From Desulfobulbaceae bacterium (GTDB taxonomy: Bacteria; Desulfobacterota; Desulfobulbia; Desulfobulbales; SURF-16), in contig JAHLLM010000003.1 in NCBI GenBank assembly GCA_020444175.1, positions 74,087 to 138,086 on the forward strand: a stretch of 64,000 nucleotides of DNA, written 5' to 3'. Under the pieces are notes generated by a model. It worked only from the letters and a program-made list of their open reading frames with translations, made no database searches and was not told where the DNA came from. The translations under genes and the position numbers were made by a program. Of this stretch, positions 37,386 to 45,784 are shown piece by piece. Position 1 is the first letter of the stretch. Each line of letters opens with the position of its first letter.

Positions 37386-39938
37386 ATGAGCAAAAAAACC
37401 TTACTAATAATAATTACAACTATTCAAATTATTATTTTTCCATGTAAAACAAATGCTTCACCTGGAGAAGCGGAAGACATGGAATTTCTCAAGAAAAGCA
37501 AAATATCACCATCACTCTATCAACAACTTGAACAAGGAGAGAATCAAAATAGTTTTTTCAGGGTTATAGTCAGAATCCATCGAAAACATTCAGAATCTCT
37601 GCAATCTGCTAATTTCATGAAGTCACTCGGACAAGTGATAAATAAACTAAGAAAAGATGCTTCCCCTAAGCAGGATGCTATCAGTGAATTCATCTGGAAG
37701 CTCAAAAACCAAAGGGCAGAAGAGTCACAGAAAAAATATAGCAATTTTTCCGTTAAAACCAACGAAACAGGAAATATACACAAATTCTGGATTACCAACA
37801 GCATAGCGGCAACGCTGTCTTCCGCAGAAATTGAAGAGCTGGCGGCTAACCAAGACGTCATGGAAATTGTCGAAAACAAGGTGCTTAATGTACCCCCTAT
37901 CACAGCAAGCAGTCTAGACATCATTGACCCAGGAGATGAAAATATTTGGAATTTATCTGCTGTCGGGATGAATGACCTAGACCTTGACCTTAACGGAAAG
38001 GGTTTGCGTATAGGTCATTTGGACACAGGAATTGATGTTCTTCATCCTGATTTCACAAACAAATTGATTGACTGGGCCGAGTTTGACAATCAAGGAAATA
38101 AAATTGAAAGCGAGCCCCATGACAGCCATTATCTCGGGCATGGAACGCATACAGCCAGCATCATGATTGGAAATAAAACTGGAATTGCTCCCGGCGCATC
38201 TCTCCTTTCAGCCCTGGTTTTACCCGGAGGTTCCGGAACTATCGAGCAGGTTATGGCCGGGATGGAATGGATACTCGACCCAGACGATAATCCAGACACA
38301 GATGACGGCGCACAGATCGTCAATATGTCGTGGGGAATGTCAGCTAATTCATCCGTTCTCAAAGAAGCTATTCAGAACATGACAAATGCCGGAGTTCTTC
38401 CAGTGTGCGCTATTGGCAATGAAGGCAGCTATATTACCTATTCGCCAGGTAATTTTCCTAATGCAGTCGGGGTAGGAGCGGTAAATGAAAACAATGATGT
38501 TCCCTTTTTCAGCGGCGGGGGAATAATTTGGTGGGACAATTCCGTCAACATGAAACCGGACATCACTGCTCCCGGAGTGGATATTGTTGGGATCGGAGGC
38601 CAGGGAGAATACCAGGCGCTCTCAGGAACATCTTTCGCTGCTCCGCATGTAACGGGCGCTGCGGCTATTCTGCTGCAGAGGAACACACAACTTTCCCCTT
38701 TCCTGCTTGCAGAATTTCTTTTCAACACCTCTTTGGATCTGGGCGAAACCGGACAGGATATAGAGTATGGACGGGGAGTCTTGAATGTTGCCTCAGCAGT
38801 AAAATTCCTTGAACGCTATTCCGACCGGTTTGAAAGCGCTGACCTTGTGGTGAAGCAGTCAAACGAAAATCACGATCTCCCGTTCTCGCTTTACAAGACC
38901 TACTTTTCTGATGGACAAAGTAATTTTACTAAAGACGAAATCAGCAATTTATACATTTACTCAGACTCTGATGACTCCAGGAGAAAGACATTAGGATTCG
39001 CTGACGTCAACGGTGACGGCTACTCAGATTTAATAATCAAGCAAAACATATCTTTGAACTCAAAAGAGTATCAGGTGAGTTTTATTGTTCACCTCTCCTC
39101 CGACGCGCGGGGGCTCTCAACTTCTTCAACCACCTGGTATTCATACACTTCTACGACAGCAGATCAATATGATTTTGTCGGGTTCGGTGACGTCAACGGT
39201 GACCATAATGCTGACATCGTTCTTTCGTCCTTGGAGCAAACACATTCAGGGCAAAAAATACATATCACCCCGCTGCTTTCAAATGGCATAAGCGCATTTG
39301 AAAGCGCAAGCTCGGAATGGCAGACAATATTTTCCGATCACTACCACTCTGTCACAATGCATCTGGGAGATGCCAATGGAGACAACAAAACCGACCTTGT
39401 TTTTGCCAAGTTTTTCAATGATGCATTTGCCACTTATCCGGTTGATTATTTCGTCAGCCTATCAAACGGCAGCATATTCAAGATGGCTTGTCCATGGATT
39501 ACCATTTATTCCAATTACATTAACGGCAGGCCGGAATTTCTTTCTATCTCCGATGTGACAGGTGACGGATCGGCTGATCTCATTTTATCGGGCTACAGCT
39601 CCTATTGGCAAACTGACAAAAAAGAAATTTATGTATGTCCATCAAACAGTTCATCGCGATTCTCAGAGAAAGAACATTGGGCAACAATACCGTGGAATCC
39701 AACAAAAACTCTGAATTCCATCGAAGATGTTAACGGCGATGGCCTGAAGGATTTAATTATAAACGGCACGAATGAAGCAACAAACAACTGGGCGGTTACC
39801 GTATGGCTGTCCAATGGTCGCAACGAACTCATTGAGGCAGAAGAACCTTGGCTGGTTTTAGATCAAACTTCATTAGCTTCGGAACCGCAAATTGTCGGGG
39901 TGGCCAATGTCGGCCTGGGTGACTGGTCTGATAGATGA
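37386..39938 (+). CDS. Secreted subtilisin-like serine protease (S8) with N-terminal propeptide and C-terminal FG-GAP/VCBS-type repeats
   Basis: Signal peptide. Catalytic triad contexts HLDTGID, HGTHTAS and SGTSFAAPHVTGAAA. The C-terminal half has five DxNGDG-type repeats: DVNGDGYSDL, DVNGDHNADI, DANGDNKTDL, DVTGDGSADL, DVNGDGLKDL. Confidence 0.9.
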   Translation: MSKKTLLIIITTIQIIIFPCKTNASPGEAEDMEFLKKSKISPSLYQQLEQGENQNSFFRVIVRIHRKHSESLQSANFMKSLGQVINKLRKDASPKQDAISEFIWKLKNQRAEESQKKYSNFSVKTNETGNIHKFWITNSIAATLSSAEIEELAANQDVMEIVENKVLNVPPITASSLDIIDPGDENIWNLSAVGMNDLDLDLNGKGLRIGHLDTGIDVLHPDFTNKLIDWAEFDNQGNKIESEPHDSHYLGHGTHTASIMIGNKTGIAPGASLLSALVLPGGSGTIEQVMAGMEWILDPDDNPDTDDGAQIVNMSWGMSANSSVLKEAIQNMTNAGVLPVCAIGNEGSYITYSPGNFPNAVGVGAVNENNDVPFFSGGGIIWWDNSVNMKPDITAPGVDIVGIGGQGEYQALSGTSFAAPHVTGAAAILLQRNTQLSPFLLAEFLFNTSLDLGETGQDIEYGRGVLNVASAVKFLERYSDRFESADLVVKQSNENHDLPFSLYKTYFSDGQSNFTKDEISNLYIYSDSDDSRRKTLGFADVNGDGYSDLIIKQNISLNSKEYQVSFIVHLSSDARGLSTSSTTWYSYTSTTADQYDFVGFGDVNGDHNADIVLSSLEQTHSGQKIHITPLLSNGISAFESASSEWQTIFSDHYHSVTMHLGDANGDNKTDLVFAKFFNDAFATYPVDYFVSLSNGSIFKMACPWITIYSNYINGRPEFLSISDVTGDGSADLILSGYSSYWQTDKKEIYVCPSNSSSRFSEKEHWATIPWNPTKTLNSIEDVNGDGLKDLIINGTNEATNNWAVTVWLSNGRNELIEAEEPWLVLDQTSLASEPQIVGVANVGLGDWSDR

Positions 39939-40052
39939 GTTTTGCCGTTGAATGGATAAATGATCACCAAAAAATAATAAAAATACTTTGCAGCAGCCGT
40001 ATGTAATTTCCACCCAACCTCTCTCTACAATTTTTGAAAGGAGAAAATAAAA

Positions 40053-40988
40053 ATGAAAAAAAGCACCTCAATAATGGCCGTTACCTTTGTTCTCATGACA
40101 TACTCGCAAGCTCATGCAAGCATTGTCTGGCATAACGATTTTCAGCAGTTCAATTACAGTGTGAATCAAAATGGTGGAGTATTGTACGAAGCACCTACTT
40201 CTTTTAACCCGGCAGCAAGCCATACTGGCTCCATCACGGATAGCACCGGTTCCTATTCGGCTCAGCTCAATTGTCAGCACAGTTCTTATCCGTTGGCAGG
40301 GATATTGGAAATGAAGGCTGGAGCACAAGGCAACGGGACAATGACAAGCCCGGAAAATGGCTTGCAGGTTAGAGCATATGCCCAAATGAATCTGAACAAC
40401 TTCAACCCGGCTTCGCAGGGTGTTGACGTATCTCAATGGGTCTTTTCAAATGTTACAAGAAACCTTTCTGTATCCTCTGCCGGCAATTATCAATTTAGTA
40501 CCAACCTGAGCGGTGATGCCGACTTTAATACGTTTTGGGGCAATGATTTTTTCAAGTCTTCATATTCTGTTGAAGGGCAGGCAAGAATCAACAAGTACTC
40601 AATAGACAGCAGCGGCAACATAAAGGCTCTAGGTGACGGTGATGCCACTGTTGAATTCACATTAAGTGATACGAATAAAACTGGTAGCACCGCAGTGTCC
40701 CTTGAATCCCAGACCTCTGAAGGAGATGACATTTTCTATCAAGTGGTCCTTGCCTTAACCCTGAAAACCTCCTTGCAAAACTTCAGCATGCAATATGGTT
40801 TAATAGATCCTACTGGTAATCCGAATTTTAAAGGCCCATTTTTTCTCGGAGACGAATCAAATCCCATGCAACTGGATGCTGCTTTGGCTCCTGCCGTTAC
40901 AGCAACGCCTTTACCTGGCTCACTGCTTTTATTGCTTTCCGGCATAAGCGGACTCAGTGTATTTCGCCGCTTTTTTAAAAAGGATTAG
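40053..40988 (+). CDS. Secreted protein with PEP-CTERM / VPLPA-CTERM-like C-terminal sorting signal
   Basis: Signal peptide (MKKSTSIMAVTFVLMTYSQAHA). The C-terminus ATPLPGSLLLLLSGISGLSVFRRFFKKD has a Pro motif, a TM helix and a basic cluster. AAAGGAG RBS upstream. Confidence 0.6.
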   Translation: MKKSTSIMAVTFVLMTYSQAHASIVWHNDFQQFNYSVNQNGGVLYEAPTSFNPAASHTGSITDSTGSYSAQLNCQHSSYPLAGILEMKAGAQGNGTMTSPENGLQVRAYAQMNLNNFNPASQGVDVSQWVFSNVTRNLSVSSAGNYQFSTNLSGDADFNTFWGNDFFKSSYSVEGQARINKYSIDSSGNIKALGDGDATVEFTLSDTNKTGSTAVSLESQTSEGDDIFYQVVLALTLKTSLQNFSMQYGLIDPTGNPNFKGPFFLGDESNPMQLDAALAPAVTATPLPGSLLLLLSGISGLSVFRRFFKKD

Positions 40989-41159
40989 AGACATCACCAG
41001 CTCATTTTTTTTCGTATACATACCAAACTTGAACTACTGGTGACTGTAACCAATCAAACAATAATGCATACAATGAAGAGGGGGTGATAACGGGAATTAA
41101 GGTGTTTGAGTAAGAAAGCCATTTATTGATGAACAAACAAAAACTTAATGAGGGAAAAA

Positions 41160-42023
41160 ATGAAAAAAATTAAAATGCTCGGTTTAACGTGTGCAGGTGT
41201 CTTATTACTGTCCTCAACTGCCATGGCAGGCAACATCCCGGAATTTGATGCAGTTGGCGACGATTCTATCAATTACTTTGCAGTGGGAAACCCGGTTCAA
41301 TACGGCCAGGTAATTAACAATAATATCGGGCCATTAGGACCACTGGAACTCTTCAGCGACTTTACCGAAGAATACTTCTCCAACACAGCGGGCATGCTGT
41401 TCCCTGACCCCTGTTTTCCTGGATATACTTCAGCATTGATAGACGTCTGGAACGAGGCTGTCTATGAATGGAACATTGTTTTGCAAATGAAACCTGAAAG
41501 TGACATTAATCTCAACATTTATGACTGTGTATTGAAGCACAATGAATTTAATGTCTGGGGAGGAGCAGAACAGACTGGACGTTACAGGGCACCATGGGGC
41601 CAGCTGTTTTTTACCCCTTCAGCCAACCCAACCGTTACGGTCATGGCTTCTCCTGGCCCCAATGCAACTCCTGGCTTTGTAAATCCATTTTATTTGGATG
41701 CCCGCACTCTCCCTGGTCTGTTTACGGTTGCAATGGTTGATACCCCATATACATCCAAGGCACTTTGGGAAGAAGGCATAGTTATGGTGCTTCCTGAGAC
41801 AGGCCTGGTCAATGCAATGGGCCAATCAGTCTATAACCTGAAACAGGGTGATCAAATTAAATGTACAATTACCGTTCCCGGTAACAACACCGCCGACATC
41901 CGCTACGGACAAGACAATGTCATTCTGAAGTACATCGGCATAGTCGGTACTTGGTGGTATGCATTTGATAGTACCATCGCTGATTCTGGCTTTGATGAAA
42001 TGGTTGCTGCTGACGCAATCTAA
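41160..42023 (+). CDS. Secreted hypothetical protein
   Basis: Start set at MKKIKMLGL. Signal peptide ends in AMA. No recognisable domain and no C-terminal sorting tail. Confidence 0.55.
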   Translation: MKKIKMLGLTCAGVLLLSSTAMAGNIPEFDAVGDDSINYFAVGNPVQYGQVINNNIGPLGPLELFSDFTEEYFSNTAGMLFPDPCFPGYTSALIDVWNEAVYEWNIVLQMKPESDINLNIYDCVLKHNEFNVWGGAEQTGRYRAPWGQLFFTPSANPTVTVMASPGPNATPGFVNPFYLDARTLPGLFTVAMVDTPYTSKALWEEGIVMVLPETGLVNAMGQSVYNLKQGDQIKCTITVPGNNTADIRYGQDNVILKYIGIVGTWWYAFDSTIADSGFDEMVAADAI

Positions 42024-42048
42024 ATAGCAAGAGCCGGCACATTATGAA

Positions 42049-42082
42049 AGTTGCACCTGTGGATTAATCACAGGTTGCAACT
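42049..42082 (+). other. Strong stem-loop (13-bp stem with one bulge) after the 41160-42023 gene
   Basis: agttgcacctgtg-gattaat-cacaggttgcaact. No U-tract follows, so it may be a processing or stability hairpin rather than a terminator. Confidence 0.35.
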
Positions 42083-42182
42083 GTCCAAAACCAGGGAAGG
42101 GTATGTATCATACATATCCTCTCCTGGCACCCACATTCATTTTTTCCATGGAAAGGATGCATTTTCTGGATAAGGAAGTGTC

Positions 42183-43505
42183 ATGATAAAAAAATCTGAC
42201 TCAAATTTCATTTTATTCATCATCGTCGCCATTTTCCTGCTTTGGAGCTTAAGTTACATCTCCTTGACCAATATTCAAGCTAACCGCAAAGTAAAGCTCC
42301 CTGCTGTCGAAAACAAGATATCTGCCAAATCTCCCAATAATAGCACTGAACACTCCAAACCATCCGGCACGAAGGAGAGTTCGATAATGAAAGCGAGCAG
42401 GAGCAACACAGAGCAGCAACTGCTTGAACCTTCTGATATCTCATCAAAAATACAAACTATTCTCGCCCTGAGAAAACAGGCATCTCAAGAGGGAATTCAG
42501 CGTCTTGCAGAGTTTGTTGAAGATAGCAGTACGGTGGTACAGACAGAAGCTATTGACGCATTGGGAAATATCGCCCTTAACAGCAACCAGACAAATTCTG
42601 TTTTTAGAATTTTGAAAGCAAAAGCAACTGATACAAATTTTGCGTCCCGGGGCCAGGCATTGATAACTGCTTCAATGCTCGAAAGGGATAGTCTTATTTT
42701 ACCGGTGATTGAAAATTATATTTCTGAAAGCCAAGAAGAACAAATAGGCTATGCTGTTAAGGCAATGTCTTTTATCGAAACGCCCAACTGCATTCCTCTC
42801 CTACAAAAGGTTCTTGAAGTAAATGATGACAACAATATTGAACGCAATGCTTTTATAATTTTAGGAAAAATTAATACTCCGGAAGCAAAAACAATTATAC
42901 GGGATGCTGTTTTCTCCATAGATGCAGACACACAGTTGAACAGCACCTGGGCCATCTCCCGGCTTAATAATGATGAATATATACCAATTTTAATTGATGC
43001 TATTGAACAAGATGAACTTTACAAGGATGCTCTTGGAAGCATAGCAACAAGCCTTGCTGCCCCAAAGGTTTTTGGTACGCTTTTCCAACGGGAAGATATC
43101 CACCGGGAACGCAAAGTCGGCTGGCAGAAAATATTTGCCCAAAACCTGGCAGGGACCCCCAGAAACTTACAAGAGCAGATCAGCGAGGCTACGGAACGTT
43201 TTGTGCCCCCCCTGCCTACATCAAATACTGAAACGCCACAAGAAATTGAATCAGACACAAAAGAGCAGATGGACAGCGACAATCCGGAGGAGAACGAAAG
43301 TCAGAAAAATTATACCTATAAAAATCTTGCCAGCGTGTTTAATGATCCCGATCCATATGAACGGAGATCGGCCTGGCTGGTTTATAAGCGATATGCTGAT
43401 TTTTCCGATCCTGCTGACCTTGAGAAAATTAGGCAAGCAACTGAAAATGCGGACCCTGTTATCCGGGAAGATGCAAAAAAAATTCTTGCCAAAATAGCGA
43501 ATTAA
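42183..43505 (+). CDS. Membrane-anchored HEAT/PBS-lyase-like repeat protein
   Basis: N-terminal TM (FILFIIVAIFLLWSLSYISL). Repeated ~30-aa units of the V..EAIDALGNI / R..A.IILGKI / ...AISRL type. Acidic C-terminal region. Confidence 0.55.
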   Translation: MIKKSDSNFILFIIVAIFLLWSLSYISLTNIQANRKVKLPAVENKISAKSPNNSTEHSKPSGTKESSIMKASRSNTEQQLLEPSDISSKIQTILALRKQASQEGIQRLAEFVEDSSTVVQTEAIDALGNIALNSNQTNSVFRILKAKATDTNFASRGQALITASMLERDSLILPVIENYISESQEEQIGYAVKAMSFIETPNCIPLLQKVLEVNDDNNIERNAFIILGKINTPEAKTIIRDAVFSIDADTQLNSTWAISRLNNDEYIPILIDAIEQDELYKDALGSIATSLAAPKVFGTLFQREDIHRERKVGWQKIFAQNLAGTPRNLQEQISEATERFVPPLPTSNTETPQEIESDTKEQMDSDNPEENESQKNYTYKNLASVFNDPDPYERRSAWLVYKRYADFSDPADLEKIRQATENADPVIREDAKKILAKIAN

Positions 43506-43674
43506 CAAACGGACCACAGTAACCTGTGTGACAATATACAGCGAAAACGACTGAATACAGAGACAAAGTATCCCGGTGCCTCAAGGATTTTCTTTCTGAA
43601 AAATGTTTTTTGTTGCATGCCCATACATCCAAAAACCATTCTTGAACGCCCACAACGCAAATGAGGATTACCAA

Positions 43675-44547
43675 ATGAAACAAGAAACTTACCCACTTTT
43701 TATTTTATTTTTTGCTTCGATTCTGACCCTTATGCAAACCTCCGTTGTCCCCTCTTGCTTTGCCGATTCAAATGACCTGATAATTGCCAGCGTAAATAAC
43801 GTCAACATTACAAGTAGCCAGTTGGACAATGTTGTTGCTGCCTATAAGGAGAAAGCAAAAAAAGCTGATGTTTCCGAAAAAGAAAAGAAAGCGTTGATGC
43901 AAAGCTTGATACAACGTCAGGTTTTTTTGCAGCAGGATGACGTTGAGGCTCTGCGAAACAATGAGGAAGTAGTCAAAAAGACCAAAGAATATGAAAATAA
44001 TCTTATTATTCGCCATTTTCTTCAAAACCAGATAGGAAAGCAAATACATGTCACCGAAGGCGAAATAAAAGCATACTATAAAGAAAATTTAGAAAACTTC
44101 ATAATACCCGCCAGAGTCGTAGCGCGACATATTTTACTCAAGACGCATGAAGATGCGGAAAAAGTAATGGTAAAACTCAAAGCAGGAGAAGATTTTGGCC
44201 AAATGGCCCGGCAATTTTCCATTGATCTCCCCATGGCGCTCGAAGGGGGGCAGATGGGAATTATTGAGAAAGGAAAATCATTACCGGAGCTTGAAAAAGT
44301 TCTCTTTAGTCTGAAAGAAAATGAAATCAGCGAAATTGTAAAAACAAAATTCGGATATCATATTATTACCGTTGACAAGATAACTCCTGAAACAACAAGG
44401 TCCCTTGACCAAGTCAACAGTCAGATCAGGCAAGCGCTTTTGCGAGAAAAACAAGGCGCTCTTTTTATTGATATCGTGGTAAAGCTAGAAAAAAATGCAG
44501 ATATCAAAATATATAATGAGCGTATTGCAGGAAAATCAGTGGACTAA
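43675..44547 (+). CDS. Parvulin-type peptidyl-prolyl cis-trans isomerase (PpiC/SurA/EpsD-like), exported
   Basis: Signal peptide. Rotamase domain ARHILLKT...FGQMARQFS...GGQMG...FGYHIITV. Confidence 0.8.
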   Translation: MKQETYPLFILFFASILTLMQTSVVPSCFADSNDLIIASVNNVNITSSQLDNVVAAYKEKAKKADVSEKEKKALMQSLIQRQVFLQQDDVEALRNNEEVVKKTKEYENNLIIRHFLQNQIGKQIHVTEGEIKAYYKENLENFIIPARVVARHILLKTHEDAEKVMVKLKAGEDFGQMARQFSIDLPMALEGGQMGIIEKGKSLPELEKVLFSLKENEISEIVKTKFGYHIITVDKITPETTRSLDQVNSQIRQALLREKQGALFIDIVVKLEKNADIKIYNERIAGKSVD

Positions 44548-44641
44548 AATATTATTGGGCTGTTGTAGCAATTTACAGATTTGAAGCGTAATTTTTCGTG
44601 TATGTCTTCTTTTAACAGTAAAATTGTTGGTGAGGTAATAT

Positions 44642-45340
44642 ATGTCCACTTTCATGTGTAAATCTTTTTTGCTACTTCTGCTTTTCTCAATGTTTGCCGC
44701 GTCAAAAGCAGAAAAAGCAATTGCCGCCACATATAAATTGAAACCAACCGATGACTCTTATGCGGATCAACTGTCTCCAGGGAACAACTATTCTGATTTA
44801 AATTATTTGATCAGCAGAAACTCAATTGCTGCAGCCTATACTTATTTGAAATTTTCACTAAGTGACATTCCATCTGACGAACAGATTACAGGTGCCGTTT
44901 TAGGTCTTTATTCTCAATACGGATATCGTTCATGGGTAACCCTGAGCCATATATCCGACGATTCCTGGATAGAAAGCGAGGTTACATGGAACAATCGACC
45001 AGAAAATAACACTCAAACATTTGAGTTGGACAGACAGTATCTCGATTTACCTTATAACTGGATACTCTGGGACTTATTTGCCGAAGAAATGTGGAATCCA
45101 GACATTGATAAGGATGATGGATATATTTCCCTGATGACCCAAACAACAGGTTCTGATCTCATTTTTGCAAGCAGTATTTTTTTTGTCAGTGAGCAACAGC
45201 CTTATTTACTACTCATAACAGAACCAGAACAAGATCAGACGACCAACGCGACGCCCACCCCCATACCTTCATCATTTGTGCTGCTTGGAATTAGCTTGCT
45301 TACCCTGATGAAGAAAAATAGAAAAAGTTCAAACTTGTAA
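44642..45340 (+). CDS. Secreted DNRLRE/CBM96-like domain protein with a PEP-CTERM-like C-terminal tail
   Basis: Signal peptide. TDDSYADQ...YTYLKFSLSDIP...WIESEVTWNNRP matches my recollection of the DNRLRE domain. The C-terminus PTPIPSSFVLLGISLLTLMKKNRK has a Pro motif, TM helix and basic cluster. Confidence 0.55.
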   Translation: MSTFMCKSFLLLLLFSMFAASKAEKAIAATYKLKPTDDSYADQLSPGNNYSDLNYLISRNSIAAAYTYLKFSLSDIPSDEQITGAVLGLYSQYGYRSWVTLSHISDDSWIESEVTWNNRPENNTQTFELDRQYLDLPYNWILWDLFAEEMWNPDIDKDDGYISLMTQTTGSDLIFASSIFFVSEQQPYLLLITEPEQDQTTNATPTPIPSSFVLLGISLLTLMKKNRKSSNL

Positions 45341-45408
45341 TTTGGGGCAACGACAATAATACCTGGAGAAAAAAAAGAAGAGTCAGCACAGCATTCATAA
45401 CTGAATCA

Positions 45409-45435
45409 GGCAGGGTCTCAGTGCTCTGCCTTTTT
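45409..45435 (+). terminator. Weak candidate terminator at the right edge of the A+T-rich island
   Basis: ggcag...ctgcc followed by tttttcttt. The stem is only 5 bp with a 12-nt loop. Confidence 0.3.
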
Positions 45436-45784
45436 CTTTGGGCCTCTTGGAGACAACAACCGGGGAGTTGCGTTGAACAAGCATCTCCCCCTTATCAAAA
45501 TAATTCCCCAGATAAAACCTCAGTATTATCGGTACCGACACCGGGTACGCAGTTGCATAATCAACCATTTCTTTTCACTTCGGCCAATTAATTAAGAGCC
45601 ATCGAGATCACCAGCAACTTCACTCTCTTTTTGCTAAAACCGCAATAATCAGTTACAAAAGAGGGGAAGTGACAAACTCTCATCTCGTTAAGCCGGATGG
45701 CAGCATATTGCAAATTGCATAATACTCCTTGCGAGCTATATTTTGTACACCAGATGCACTCAAACAGCCTCCCCAGACACCACC

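Noticed and set aside
45542-45558. CGGGTACGCAGTTGCAT upstream of the U32 peptidase as a sigma-54 promoter
   Set aside because: The -12 box is good but the -24 box (CGGGTA) is degenerate, and the site is 227 nt from the start. Not supportable by eye.
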